A stretch of 64,000 nucleotides of DNA from the human T2T-CHM13v2.0 reference genome, Homo sapiens. The DNA is taken from assembly GCF_009914755.1 (NCBI RefSeq), contig NC_060935.1. One strand, given 5' to 3'. Shown in pieces: positions 14,105 through 29,216 of this stretch. How positions within the stretch are numbered: the stretch's first letter is position 1; each line of letters opens with the position of its first letter. The position numbers and the translations under genes were made by a program. The notes beneath the pieces were generated by a model. It saw only the letters and a list, made by a program, of their open reading frames with translations, ran no database searches and was not told the DNA's origin.

Positions 14105-15400
14105 ATTTTAAATCAATGAATTATAATTGTACATAATTCTGGTATTATGTACAATCATATATATAGGATATATATTGATATATAATACATTATTGTTAAC
14201 TATAGTCATTATGCTGTGCAATAGAATGAACAAAATTTATTTATCCTGTCTAACCGAAACTTTGTATCCTTTGACCAGCATCTTCCCATTTACCTCTCCC
14301 CTTACCTCTTAACTATTTTTCTACTCTCTGCTTCTATGAGTTTAATTGTTTTAGATTCCACATGTAAGTTGGAACAGGCAGTATTTGTCTGTGTACCTAA
14401 CTTATTTCATTTAACATAATGTCCAGATTCATCATTTTTTTTTGCAAATGGTAGAATTTTCTTTTTAAAGGCTGAATAGTATTCCATTGCTAATGTATAT
14501 CACATTTTCTTTATCCATTCCTCCATTGATGAACACTTAAATTGCTTCCAAATCTAGGCTGTTGTGAATAGTGCTGCACTGAACATGAGAGCACAGGTAT
14601 CTGACATATTGATTTGAAATCCTTCAGATATATATCCAGAGGTGGAATTGCTGGATCATATGATCTTTTTATTTTTAATTTTTTGAGGAACCTCCATACT
14701 GTTTTCCATAATGGCTCTACTAATTTACATTTCTACCAATAGCATGCAAGGGTTCCCTTTTCTCCACATCCTCGCTAACCCTGGTTATTTTTGTCTTTTT
14801 GATAATAGCCATTCTGACAAGTGTAGGTGATGTCTCATTGTGGTTTTAATTTGCGTGTGGTTTCAATCTGATGATTAGTGATGCTGGGCATTTTTTCATA
14901 CATCTGTTGGCCATTTGTTGGCCATGTCTTCTTTTGAGAAATGTCTACTCAGGTCCTTTGCTCATTTTTGAAATCAGGTTATTTGTTTTCTTGCTATTGA
15001 GTTGTTTGAATTCCTTTTATATTTTAGATATTAACTCCTTATCAGATGCTTGGCTTGCTAATATTTTCTCCCAGTCCATAGGTTGTCTCTTCACTCTGCT
15101 GTTTCCTTTGCTACGCAGAAGCTTTTGTGTTTGATGTAATACAGTCTGTCTGTTTTTGCTTTTGTTGCCTGAGCTTTTGGGGTCAGTTTCAAGAAATCAT
15201 TACCCAGACCAATATCATGTAGTTTTCCCCCTATCTTTTCTTTCAGTCATTTTAGAGTATCTGGTCTCAAGTTTAAGTGGTAAATCTATTTTGGGTTGAT
15301 TTTTGTGGGTGGTGTGAGATGAGGGTTCAATTTCATCCTTTTGCATGTGGATATCCAATTTTCCCAACACCCTTTATTGCAGAGACTGCCATTTTTTCAC
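14105..15400 (-). mobile_element. L1MA (older, MA4-8-like) 3' portion
   Basis: Antisense L1 3'UTR/ORF2 end: TTGTTAACTATAGTC...GAAACTTTGTATCCTTTGACC...TTTTGAGGAACCTCCATACTGTTTTCCAT. Confidence 0.85.
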
Positions 15401-15729
15401 TATAGTTTGTTCTCTGGATAGTTCCTACTGAATGTGTGTTTGTTTCCTTTTCTGTCTTGTTCTAACTTGCCATATAGTAGTCTCCAGGTTATTTATTATT
15501 TTATTCAAAGAAAGACTTTTTTGTTTAATTATATCCATAGTTTTTTTTTCTTTTTTTTTCTGGAGTGCTGCTGGGGTGAGAGAGGTATTGTACTGTTGTC
15601 TCTGTATTTTTCCTTTTTATAGTGTCTTTTGTGAGATTCTTAATTTATATATTTTCCTTCTTTTTATTTTCCAATATATTAAATGGTGATTATCCTTCTC
15701 TTCTTACTGCTTTGTCTTCTGTCTGCAGA

Positions 15730-16020
15730 ATTTTTTTTTTTTTTTTTTTTTTTTTTTGAGACAGGGTCTCCCTCTGTCACCCAGGCTTGAGTGCAGTGGC
15801 GCAGTCTCTCTGCAGCCTCAAACTCCTGGGCTCAAGCGATCCTCCTGCCAGTTCTGAGTAGATAGAACCACAGGTACCCGCCACCAAGCCTGGCTAATTT
15901 TTAAATTTTTTGTAGAGACAGAATCTCACCATGTTGCTCAGGCTGGTCTTGAACTCCTAGGTTTCTGCCTTGGCCTCTCAAAGTGTTGGAATTATAGGCA
16001 TGAGGCACCACACCTGGCCT
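15730..16020 (-). mobile_element. AluJ-like element
   Basis: Long poly-T, GAGACAGGGTCTC..., dimeric structure; GCAGA(A/T)TTT on both flanks. Confidence 0.9.
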
Positions 16021-18090
16021 GCAGATTTTGATATGTAGTTTCTAACTAACTATATTCTAACTTTATGTTTGAATTTTTTAAACTGAAGAGTTAGTGTAAA
16101 TATATTTTAAAATTTTTTAGTGGATTTGTTTTAACTACTTTTTCACTACTAATCTGTAACGGTATAGCACATACTCTGCCATTTGGAGTTTATTCAAATT
16201 TCCTGTTACATGCTACATGGCATTTTGTGGGGGAAGACACATGAGTATTTGAAAACAATGTCACTTTCTGTTTTGGGGAGCTCACTGTTTTATGGATTTA
16301 TTAGTTCAGGCTGGTCAACAGTGTTATTTAAATTCTGTATACACTTACTGATTTTTTGTTTATATAATATAGTAGATTTTGACAGCTGGACTTATCATTT
16401 ATTTTTTCCTTATAATTCAAATGCACTTTTCTTTACATAGCGTGAAGCTACACTGTTAGATTCATAACTCTCCAAGACTGTTACATCTTTTTGTAAGATG
16501 ACATCTTTTCTCAATCCCTGTTAATAAAATATATATAATGAGTCTTATTTCATGTTATTATTCCAGTTGCTTCTTCTCTAAACATTTTCCTGGTTAATAT
16601 TTTCCTAGCCCTGCATTTACTTAATTTGTATTCAATTTTGGTTCACCATTTTTATTTAAATAGATGAATATTTATGTTGTGGGAAACTTGATTCTCCAAG
16701 ACAGCTAATTCTGTTTATCAAGCAAGAGAAATATTAACCTTAACAGATGGGCTCACTCATTTTTCCTTAACATTCTGGCTCAACAATCAGAATGCTACAA
16801 AGATTAAAAGAAGAATGACAGTATCGTGCACAACTTTATGCTAATAGGTTTGACAATTTAGATGACATGGGCAAATTCCTTGAGAAATACAACTTAACTG
16901 AAAGTGATACAATTTTTTTAAAAAAATCTTGATTTATTGTTCATGATAAAATCAACTGTGGATGGAGTGAGTTTTCCAGTCTCCCCTGAGGTCAGAAGAT
17001 ATCCACATGCTTAAGCAACTTGCCATACTGGCTGAAAAGGAATTTCAGCATAATTGGCTATCAAGAAACAGTATGTCGATTGCACACACTATTATTTGAA
17101 GAGTTTCTAGAAATTTTATGAATAAAAGTCGTTTTTTGAACATGGACATTTGACAGACTCATTATGCTATATGTATTATGGAACGTAACCTGAGAAAAAT
17201 ATTTCTGTTAGTGAAATATGAGTGGTTTTTATATTCCAGCAGAGGCTGTAGAAATGTGGTAAAGACTCTATTTTCAGGAATAATTTTTATAGTTCATTAC
17301 TCACTGTGCATTTTGCTTAGTGTGAGGAAGAGATGGAATTGTTCTCTTTTAACCAGTGCTTCACTGAAACTGCTGTTAACCATTGGTAGTCACGCCTGGA
17401 ACCACAATCCCACCACCACAACTGGAGAATACAGAGGAAAAGACTGCAGTCTGAGTATGACCTTTATACTTTGGCTTATCAGAAAAAAAGCTCTTGGTAG
17501 AGTTCTCTAGACCTTTTTCTGTTTGTTAAAAGGTCCAAATACAGTAGTATGTCAGTTAATTTTATAATTATGTTCCTTCCACAATTCCCTTGTTTTTAAC
17601 AAGCAATTTTCTTTTAATACCGTTGATGCAGTCTAGGAGGCTTTGGTTGTCAAATATGCTTACACAAGCAACCATATATCTCAATTTTGTTTCCACGTTT
17701 GGCACTTTTGAGAATGCTGAGAATGTAGATTTTCTGATGAGGTTCTACCTTTTCCAGGACAAGCCTAGATTTTGGATGAGTTTTACGTGCTGCATTTGGA
17801 AGCATAATGGACTCCTCTGTTTACTGGACTTTTTAGGTCTACTTTTAAAAATAAATATTTTTTAATTGATAAATTATAATTGTATATGTGTATGAGATAC
17901 GATGCAATGTTCTGATATATGTATACAATGCAGAATGAGTAAATCAAGCTAATTAACATATCCATCGCCTCACTTATTATTTTTTACAGTGAGTCATTTT
18001 TGAGCAACACCCCAGGTGCATTTCTAGATCCTCTAGGCCTACATAGTGGATATCCTTGAGTTAGAGTCACTTTCTTGTATACTATATTTA

Positions 18091-18486
18091 TTTTCTTTCT
18101 TTCTTTCTCTTTCTTTCTTTCTTTCTCTTTTTCTTTTCTCTCCTTCCTTCCTTTCTTTCTTTTCTTTCTTTCTTTATTTCTTTGCCTCTTTCTTTTTTTT
18201 TTTTTGAGGTGGAGTCTCACTCTGTCGCCCAGGCTGGAGTGCAGTGGCCCGATCTCAGATCACTGAAAACTTTGCCTCCCAGGTTAAAGCGATTGTCCTG
18301 CCTCAGCCTCCTGAGTAGCTGGGATTACAGGTGTGCACCACCATGGCTGGCTAATTTTTGTATTTTTAGTAGAGAGGGGGTTTCATCATGTTGGCCAGGC
18401 TGGTCTCGAACTCCTGACCTCGTGATCTGCCTGCTTTGGCCTCCCAAAGTGCTGAGATTAGAGGCGTGAGCCACTGTGCCCAGCCT
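18091..18486 (-). mobile_element. AluS-like element with expanded (TTTC)n tail
   Basis: TTTC/TTCC tract 18091-18205, then full Alu dimer. Confidence 0.92.
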
Positions 18487-18623
18487 TTTCTTTCTTTTTT
18501 TTGTATGAGACAGAGTCTCGTTGTGTTGCCCAGGCTGGTCTGGAACTCCTGGGCTAGTGTGATCCTTCTACCTCAGCCTCCTAAGTAGCTGGGGTTATAG
18601 GTGTGCACCCACTGCACCTGGCT
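18487..18623 (-). mobile_element. Alu monomer (FLAM-like), abutting the previous Alu
   Basis: T-tract plus a single left arm. Confidence 0.8.
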
Positions 18624-18957
18624 TACATTTTCTTTTGTCCTGGCTTACTCTATTTTGCAAGAACACATCTTTAGTAGGTTTCTGAAAATTGTTCTGAGAA
18701 CTTGAGTGGTTGAAATGTCTTTTTTCTACTTTCCCTTTCGAATAATATTTTGGCCAATTCTAGAATTTGAGGAAGAAAGTCATTTTCTATTAAAATGTCG
18801 AAGGTATTTCTGCATTGCTCTACCATCCAGAGCTGCTGTTAAGAAGTTCAAAGCCTTTCTAATTCTTATTTCTTTTTGGACATCTGTATTTTTAGCCTCT
18901 GAAAATCATGAGAATATTTACTTTCATCCAAGTGTTCCAAACTTTTATCAATATGTG

Positions 18958-19265
18958 ATTTGTTTGTTTGTTTGTTTGTTTGAGAGAGTCTCTCTCCGTC
19001 ACCCAGGCTGGAGTGCAGTGGTGCAATTTCAGCTCACTGCAGCCTCCATCCACCTCCTGGGTTCAAGTGATTCTGCTGCCTCAGTCTCCCGAGTAGCTGG
19101 GACTACAGGCGCTCACCACCACGCCCGGCTAATTTTTGTATATTTTGGTAGAGACGGGGTTTCGCCGTGTTGGTCAGGCTGGTCTCAAATTCCTGACCTT
19201 AAGTGATCCGCCTTTCTTGGCCTCCCAAAGTGCTGGGATTGCAGGCATGAGCCATTGCACCAGGT
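18958..19265 (-). mobile_element. AluS-like element with (GTTT)n tail
   Basis: TTTGTTTGTTTG tail and full dimer. Confidence 0.92.
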
Positions 19266-22200
19266 TGGAATCGAGAGCTCTTTTAATTCTGCTATAAAAA
19301 CAAATTTGTTTCCCGCTCTATTCTCCTCTATTCTCTTTCCGGAGTGTGCATTAATCAATCAGATATTGGTCTTCCTAACTTGATTCTGTGATTTTTGTAC
19401 CATTTCTGTCACATATTTCACTATTTTCCACACATTTTTAGGATATTTCCTTGACTTTATTTTCTAACCTTCCTATGGAAATTTTTTTATTATGGCTATC
19501 AACTTTTCAGTATTCAGGAGTCCTTTGTTGTTAGCTGATTGATATTTTTCATAACATTTTTTTCTTGATTTTTAGATATTACTTCCTTTTGTCTCTCTCT
19601 CAGGATATTATTTCCATGTGCTCTCTACATTATCTCTGTTTGCTCCAAATTTTCTTTTTCAGCTTGTTTATTTTTTTCTCTCTTATTGGAGGTTTTCCCA
19701 ACTGGTGATCCTTGGCTCTCAGTTTGTATTCTAACTGAGACACTGAAAAGCTCATTGGAGCTCTGTGAATATGGATGGAGTTCTCCATGATAAGCTTCGC
19801 TTTTGAATCACAGAATGATGATCCAGCCTTAGGTGACCCCCCAAATATCAGTAAATGGAAATATTTTCTTTGAGCTCTTCATTTTCTTCTGTGAAAATTG
19901 AAGGGGAGGTATACTCAGTAATTTAAAGCCTGTCTCCAGCCCAAGGACTATAAAGCCCTCAGACCTGCCATGTTTACCTTCCAGACTACTGGACAGTCAT
20001 GGTAGAACAATGATGGACAAGCACAAGTGTCTCACATGTAATTCTTGTGAACTGGTTGTAGCAGACTGTCATAGGACTATAAATTTTAGATTTGTCTTAA
20101 GCAATAACACCTCTGAAATTATAAGCTCAATGTACAAAAATTTTCTAAATATATAATAGATACTCAATAAAAATGATTTTTGCATAGCATTTAATTAATC
20201 ACATGGTCTACCAGTGATCCTTGTGTTTTGTTTTGTAAACACTGCTCCAGAGCAGAGTGACTGAGCCTGGGTCCAGGTTTGTATCTCCTGGGCTAATTTC
20301 TAAGCCAAGTTACTTAGAACCTCTGTGCCTCAATTTTTGTTATCTACAAAACTGGGTAATAATAGTATCTATTTCATAAACCATAAGAAATAATTGAGTT
20401 TTTATATATATGTAGAATAGTGCTTAGAATAATATTTATGTTTATTTATAATAATATTTATGTTTATGTTTAATACTTGTTGACTATAATTATTAGTTAT
20501 TATTTTGTCTAAAATTAAAAAAATTATGGCACTTTTTCATTTATTTAGGTCTCCTTTAATGGCTTTCAGCAATATCTTGTAGTTTTTGTAGTTTTCATTG
20601 TCGTGGTCTTGTAAGTCTTTTGTTAAATTGATGCTTGAATATTGTTAAATGACATATTAAAAATTCCATTTTCCAAATACTAGAAATGTTTGTTTCTAGT
20701 ATTTAGACATTCAAATATCTTAAAAAAAATTGATCATGTTTTCTATGACCTTGCTAACTTTATTTATTAATTCCAATAGTGTCTTTATGTTTCTTAGGAT
20801 TTTATCCATGAACAATGATGTCATTTGTGAATGACTTATTTTCTTCCAACCTTTACGTATTTATTTCTTTGATATTGGCAAAAGGGGCCGTCATTTTTTG
20901 TTCCTACCTAGGAGAAAGTATTCCATATTTTACCATTAAGTATAAGATAGACTTCTGGCTGTTAGTAGGTACCTTTTATTAGATTGAGAAAATGTCTTTC
21001 TGTTCCTACTCGTTATGAGTAGATGTTAAATTTTACTAAATGCTTTTCTCCATACCAATTGAAATGATCACACAATTTTCTTCTTTCTTCCATTAATATA
21101 GAAATTTTTATTATCTGCATTTTAATGTTAAACCATTCTTGATTCATGAGAGAAATTCTCCTTTACTATGATATATGTCATATAAAATGTCACATAGATC
21201 AACATTACATATTATCAACATGATATGACTATTGACACTATTGTAATTATCTGACTGGGGTAATGTTTGTCAGGTTCTCCACTGGAAATTTACCATTTTT
21301 TCACCACTTTCCATAATGTTCTCTTTGGAAGGAATACTATGTGCAGTTCGCACTTGAGTAAGAGTTTGCTTCACTTCCTTGAGGAGAGGGTATCCAACTA
21401 AATTACTTGGCATTCTTCCGCAAGGGAGATTTGACTATTCTCTCCCATTTATTTATTATTCAATCATGTATTTACATCATGGATGTTTATTTAATGCTTT
21501 GGTTTACAATTCAATGCTGGTTTGTTTTATTGTACAAATTGCTTCAGCTTTGGCCATGGAATCTCTTTCAGTTGATTCCTGTGTCTTTTTGATATATCCC
21601 ATCAATTTTTTGAACACTTTCTCATTTTCTGTCACTACGAGTTCTTCCAGGCTCATCCTGTATATTTCCTGCCTCAGTTTTAGAATCAGCTATTTTCCTA
21701 AGGAGACTTGATTTCTTTTATTAGAGAATGTATTAGAAACAAAAATCTGAGTGCTAGGTGTGTCCTTTGCACACCTAGAATTTAACTATTTCTAGGCACT
21801 TTGAGCTGACACAGCAAGGAAGTATATGCATGTATACTTGTCCATGTGTATACATGTATCTATAAATATTTTTATATGTGACCATCTGTGTTTATATCAA
21901 GCTAAACATGAATTTATATTGGTGCCCCCATCTTTAATCCATTACTATGTGGATCATCTTAGCCTCTTCCCATTGCTTGTCTGTAAATTCACACTTCAAC
22001 AGTGAGAATCCTGGGTTCCACAATGTGCCATTTATTTACTTAATTGTTCAATTGAGGTATACATGTATAGTGATACTAGAATTGTTTTCCTGTACCTCCA
22101 TGGAAAATTATAAATGAAACTACAGTTGTTTTGCATAGTTGCTTTGCTTTTAGTCTTACAGACTGTTCTCATTTCTAAACTTACTTAAGTCAATACTTTC

Positions 22201-24144
22201 TTCTCTTTCCCTTCTGTCTTCCTGCCTTCCTCAATGAGGTTGCTTTATACATTGGTAATACAATTGGTTTTTAAAATCACATTCTGCATTCTATCTTAGG
22301 ATCTTGTGACTTCCTGAATGACTTTTAACATGCATACATTAAGGTTCACTCTTTGTGCTATAAAGGTCTACAGGGCTTTAACAAATGTGCAATGTCATAG
22401 ATCCATTATTGCAGTATCAAGCATGGTTTCACTGCTCTAAAAAAAAATCCAGTAATTCACCCACTCAACACTTTCTCCCAGAAAACCCCTGACAATCAAT
22501 AATCATTTATCATTTCTATAGTTTTGACTTTTCCAGAATATCATATAATTGGAGTCAGACAGTATGTGGTTTTTGCTGATTGGCTTCTTTCATTTAGCAA
22601 TATGCATTTAAGATTTATTCATGTCTTTTTGTGGCTTAAAAGCTTAATTCTTTTCATTATTCAATAATATTCCATTGCGTGGATGTACCAGTTTGTTTAT
22701 ACACTCACCTATTGAGGGCATATTGTTTGCTTTCAAATTTTTGCAATCATAAATAAAGCTGCTATAGACATACATGTGGAGGTATTTTTGTGGACATAAA
22801 TTTTCTAACAGTTCCTAAATACCTAAAAATATGACTGATGGCTTGTATGGTAAGACAACACTTACCTTTGGAAGAAAATGCCAAACTGTCTTTCAAAGTG
22901 GCTGTGCCATTTTGCATTCCCACCAGCAATGAATGAGAGTTCCAGCTGCTCTGCATCATAACTAGCAATTGATAGGGTTTAAAAAATTTTTTTTTAAATT
23001 TTAGCCATTCTAATAGTAGTGTAGTGGTGTCTTATTATTGTCTGAATTTGTAATTCCCTAATTACAAATGATGTTTAGCATCTTTTTGATGTGCTTATTT
23101 GCCATCTGTATATCTTTGGTAAGGTGTCTGTTCAGATCTTTTACCCATTTAATTGCATTGCTTACTTTCTTATTGTTGAGTTATAAGGGGCCTTTGTATA
23201 TTTTAGATACAAATCTTTTATCAGACATGTGATTTTCTAGTATTTTTTTCACTGCTATCATTTGTCTTTTGATTTTCTTCACAGTGTCATTTCGAGAGCA
23301 GACATTTTTAATTTTGAGAAAGTCCAATTTATCATTTTTTTCATGGATTGTATTTTTGTTGTTGTATCAGAAAAACCTCATCATCAAAACCCAAGGACAT
23401 ATAAAATTTTTTGGGTGTTTTCTTCCTAGAAACTTTATAGTTTGAATTTTACATTTAGGTGTAAGTTTCATTTTGAGTTAATTTTCATGAAAAGTGTCAA
23501 ATGTGTAAATGTGTACTTTTTTTTACGTATGGACATCCAATTGCTTTACCACCATTTGTTGAAAAGACAACAAATCATCTCTCCATTGAATTCCCTTTGC
23601 TCCTTTGTTAAATATCGGTTGCCTATATTTGTTTGAGAAGGTGTCTAGTCCCTATTTTGTTTCATTGATTGATTTTTCTATTTCTCTCTGAATATCATGC
23701 TGCTTTGATTATTGTAACTTTGTAGTAAGTATTGAAACCAGTTAGTGTGAGTCATCCAACTTTGTTTTATTCAGTATTGTGTTGGTTATTCTATGCCTTT
23801 TGCCTTTCCATATAAACTTTAGATTCACCTTACTGATATCTACAAAATAGCTGCTGAGATGTTGATTGAGACTGTGTTGAATCCATAGATCAATTTAGGA
23901 AGAAATAACATCTTAACAATCTTGAATCTTCCAATCCATGAACACAAAATATCTCTCTTTTTTTAAATTTTACTTTTTTGTGAGTACATGGTAGGTGTAT
24001 ATATTTATGGGGTACATGATATATTTTATTAAGATCTTTAATTTTTTAGTCAGAGTGTTGTACATTTCCACATATAGGTCCTGCAAATTTTTTGTTAAAT
24101 TTATACATACATATTTCTGTGTTGGTGCTATTGCAAATGGTATT

Positions 24145-24450
24145 GGTTTTGTTTTGTTTTGTTTTTTTGTGAAAGAGTCTCACTATGTCACCCAGGCTGG
24201 AGTTCAGTGGCACGACCATATCTCACGGTAACCTCAACCTCCTGGACTCAACCAATTCTCCTGCCTCAGCTTCCCAAGTAGCTAGGTCTACAGATGTATG
24301 CCACTATGCCTGGCTAATTTTTAAATTTTTTTGTAGAAATCAAATCTTACCATGCTGCCCAGGCTGGTCTTCAACTCCTAGCCTCAATGCTCATTGGCCT
24401 CATTGTCTCTCAAAGCACTAGGATTACAAGCTTGAGCCACCATAGCTGGC
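24145..24450 (-). mobile_element. AluJ-like element
   Basis: GTTTT-repeat tail and diverged Alu dimer. Confidence 0.88.
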
Positions 24451-24492
24451 CTTGTTTTAAAATTCAAAATGCCAGTTATTCATTGCTGGTGA

Positions 24493-25152
24493 TGTTGCCG
24501 GAAGGCCCAAAGGGTCTCTGGACACTGGTGAAACCAAAGCCCTAGCCCGGTTCCAGGTTCTTGACATCTTTTTAAGGAAGAATTCAGGGACCTGATGTTA
24601 GGAAAAAAGCATTTACTTTGTCACAATTAAGTGTGATGCTAGCTGCATATTTTTTGCAAATATTCTTTATCAAGTTGAAAAGGTGCTTCTCTACTTGGTT
24701 GCTAAGAGTTTTTGTTGGGGATTGGTGTTGGATTTTGCAGAATGTGTTTTTGATAACAGTTTTTGAGAATAAAGTGAAAGGCAAGAAGCTTTTATTGTGA
24801 AGGGAGAGTACACACGTGAGAGAGAAGTGTTGGGGGCTCCTGGGAATGGGTTGCACATAAAAAAGTTTGTGTTTCTAATTTTATGGGTGTTTCTTTAATT
24901 AGGGGGTAGAATAATCATCAGGTATTCTGGAAAAGGACAGGATTTCAGGAACTCCCATTCACCTCCCCTTTCCTCTTATTTGGGTTTGCCCAGAAGAGTC
25001 ATGGACATGTCACCCTGACAAGAGTTTTGGCTGTTTTCTCTCCCTTATTTTGGATTTTCTGTTATCCCATGGTTTCTTTGCCTAGTACCTGTTTGAGGTG
25101 TTGTTTGGGTTTTTCTTTCTTCCTGAGACTACCCAGTGCTATTCCTATCTCA
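24493..25152 (-). mobile_element. ERV1/MER4-group solo LTR, interrupted by a 171-bp duplicated L1 segment
   Basis: TG...CA termini; minus strand begins TGAGATAGGAATAGCACTGGGT; minus-strand AATAAA near 24791-24796; L1 sequence resumes on both sides. Exact subfamily not assigned. Confidence 0.75.
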
Positions 25153-26460
25153 GTATATGACTTTTGTATACGAACCCATCTTGTAACCTTGCTATAATAG
25201 TTCAATAGTTTCTTTTTTTTTTTCAGTATTCTCTGGGATTTTCTACATAGACAAACATGTCAGCTGTAAACAGATACAGTTTGCTTTTTCTTTCCATTCT
25301 TAATAGCTTTTATTTCATTTTCTTATTTTATTATACTAGCTAAGATATCCAGAATAATGCTTAATAGGAGAGGTGAGAGTAGGTAACCTTATTTTTTTCC
25401 TGATGTTAGGAAAAAAGCATTTACTTTGTCACAATTAAGTGTGATGCTAGCTGCATATTTTTTGCAAATATTCTTTATCAAGTTGAAAAGGTGCTTCTCT
25501 ACTTGGTTGCTAAGAGTTTTTGTTGGGGATTGGTGTTGGATTTTGCAGAATGTGTTTTTGATAACAGTTGATAGAATTATATAATTTTTTTTCTTTAGCC
25601 TGTGGATGTGGTGGATTACAATTATTAGCTTTTGAAAGTTGAATCAGTCTTGCTATCTGCAATACATTTCACTTGGTTGTGGAGTATAATTCTTTCTATA
25701 CGTTGTTGGATTTAATCTGATAATATATTGTTGAGAAATTTTGCATCACATTCATGGGAGATACTGACCCATAATTTTCCTTTTTTTTGTATTGTGTTTA
25801 CCTGAATTTGCTATCAGGGTAATGCTGGTCCCATAGAATGGCCTAGGAAAAATGTTTCTTCTGCTCCACTTTGGGAAAATATTGCAGGGAATTGGTATCA
25901 TTTCTTCCTGAAATGTTTAAGAATTTACTAGTAAAAGCCTCTGGGCTGCAATCTTTCTTTTTTTGGAGGTTATGTGATAACTGATTTCATTTTTAAAATA
26001 GATATAGATCTGTTCAGATTGTTCATTTATCCTTGTGTAAGTTTTGGTCTTTTAAGGAATTGGTTTATTTCATATAAGTCATCAAATTTGTAGGTATACA
26101 TTTGTTCTCAGTATTACTTTATTATCCTTTTAATGTCCATGAGATTGGCAGTGATAACCCCTCCTTCATCTGATATTGGTAATTTGTGTGATATCAATTT
26201 TCTTTTTTGTTATCTTGGCTACAGGTTGATCAATTACTGATCTTTTTAAAGAATTAGCTTTTAGTTTCATTGATTTTCTGTATTGATTTCTTATTTTAAT
26301 TTCATTGATTTGTGCTATAATCTTTCTTATTTCTTTTCATCTGGTTCTTTAGGCTTAAGTTTTGATTATTTCTCTACTTTTCTAAGATGGAAACAGGTTA
26401 TTAATTCAAATGTTTCTTCTTTTCTAATATATGTATTTAATGCTATACATTTCTCTCTAA

Positions 26461-26923
<463 letters not shown>

Positions 26924-28149
26924 TCAGCTATCTTTATCTTATTGATTACTAGTTGAATTCCACTGTAGTCTGAAGACATACATTGTATGATTTCTATTCT
27001 TTTAAGTTTGTTAAGGTGTATTTTCAGGTCTATAATGTGGTCTATCACGGAGAACATTCCATGTGAGTTTGAGAAGAATGTGTATTCTGCTGTTGTTCAA
27101 TGGCATTTTGTATAAATGTCAACTAGAACCAGTTGATTGATTGTGCTGTACAGGTCCACAATATTATGATTTTCTGTTTTCTTGATCTATCAATCAATGA
27201 CAGACTAGTGTTGAAATCCCCAAATATCTGACTCATTCTGAGCTAATTTTTCTAAAGAGTGTAAGGTCTGTGTCTAGATTTTTTTTTTTTTTTGCAGGTG
27301 GATAACCAGTTCTAGCGCCATTTGTTGAAAAGGCTATCTTTATTCCATTGCATTGCCTTTGATCCTTTGTCAAAGATCAGTTGACTATATTTCTGTTGAT
27401 CTATTTCTGAGCTCTCTATTCTGTTTAATTGATCTATGTGTCTAGCCTGTTGCTAATACCACAATGTCTTGATTACTATAGCTTTATAAGTCTTGAAGTC
27501 TAGTAGTGTTGGTTGGTCCTCCAACTTTATTCTTCTCCTTCAATATTGTGTTGGCTATTCTACATGATTTGCCTCTTCATATAAACTTTAGAATCAGTTT
27601 GTTGCTATTCACAAAATAAAATTCTGGGATTTTTATTGATATTGCATTGAATCTATAGATCAAATTGGGAAGAACTGACATCTTGGTAATATTGAAACAT
27701 CTTATGCATAAATGTGAACTCTCTCTCCTATTATTTAGTTTTTGAATTTCTTTTATCAGAGTATTGTAGCCTTCCTCATATACACTTTGTAAGTATTTTG
27801 TCATATTTCTCTCCAGATTTTCAGGTGTTCATTTGCCCTGTGACCTCATGTCTCTGCTTGGTCCAAGAAAAGCCATTGACTTTCGGTTTACTCAGCTTTT
27901 TCTTGTTTTAAGGATAGGACTATTGACTTTCAAAGTCTTACATGTTGGAACCGAATCTGAAAATTCCCAATTATTTGTGTATTTTAAATACACAAATTTG
28001 GTTTTAATGTTATTAAAACTAAAGCAAAATAAATACATAGAGGTGAATAAGGGAAATCAAGGAAGCATGGGTTGAGCATAACTTCTGGCAACTTCAAGTA
28101 GTTTGATGTGCTCTAGATCACAGTTTATGTGTGAAAGAGGCTACACATG

Positions 28150-28512
28150 TGTATTAGTCCATTCTCACACTGTTCTAAAGATACTACCTGAGACTGGGTA
28201 ATTTATTTAAAAAAAAGGAGTTTTAATTGACTCACAGTTCCACAAGGCTGGAGAGGTCTCAGGAAACTTACAATCATGGTGGAAGGCAAAGGGGAAGCAA
28301 GGCATATCTTACATGGTAGCAGGTAAGAGAGAACAGGGGGACTGCCACTTTTAAACCATCAGATCTTGTGAGAACTCCTTCACTATCATGAGAACAGCAT
28401 GGGGGAAACCACCCCCATGATCCAATCACCTCCCACCAGGTCCCTCATTTTACATGTGGAGATTACAATACGAGAAGAGATTTGGGTGGGGACACAGAGC
28501 CAAACCATATCA
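28150..28512 (-). mobile_element. MaLR solo LTR (THE1D/MSTA-like)
   Basis: TGTATTAGTCCATTCTCAC...CCAAACCATATCA; 5-bp TSD ACATG/ATATG. Confidence 0.9.
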
Positions 28513-29174
28513 ATATGTTTTGATGAAACCTAATAGATGGGCAGGTGTTGGAACACTCCTATGCAGAGTGTTACACACTTAGAGATGTATTAAATCATTG
28601 TAGCTTACTCTTTAACCCCTTAGTATTTAGCACAGTGCCTAGTAAGTAGAAGGTGCTGAATAAATGCTTACTGAATGAATGGACAAAGGAAAGAAAATAT
28701 AATTGAAATCCATACTTAATATTAAGTTAAATTGAAATGACACTTCACGGTTCTATTCAGCAACATGAAGGCTTTTATTCTAGAGTTTGTTTAGTCATCT
28801 TTCTGAGTATGTTTTAAAGTACTTAAGTGTATGAAAACACCCCTTTTATTTTGAAGGTTTCCAAGGTAGCTCTGCGTTTTTAGATGGTGGTTTTAAAATT
28901 TTAATTAATATTTATAGCTTCCTCTTGCTGCTTCCCCTATGAATAAAAATTATTCTTTGGGTAATGTCTCTGAAATTAATATTGACATTCAAACGATTCG
29001 GAAGTGATTTAATATTCTTGTTGCCTTCTCCTATGTTTCCTCCGGGACTATAGTTTCTCTGGGTTTCCCAGAGCCACCAGACAGGAAGCTTTTTCTATCA
29101 CGTTTTCTTATCTAATTTTAGAGAGACTAGTAGTTCTTCACTACCCTTTTAAAGTGCAGGGGGCAGTGATTTCT

Positions 29175-29184
29175 TTTCTTTTCT

Positions 29185-29216
<32 letters not shown>

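Noticed and set aside
17984-19206. Lys/Arg-rich, Phe-rich and 166-aa ORFs
   Set aside because: Translations of the (TTTC)n tract and Alu sequence.
19975-20215. Possible old DNA-transposon fragment
   Set aside because: Could not identify terminal inverted repeats or a family with confidence.
23957-24025. Short inverted match to the 3' tip of the large L1MA (about 8265-8330)
   Set aside because: Several mismatches and its own T-tail indicate a separate, very short insertion of the same family rather than a local copy.
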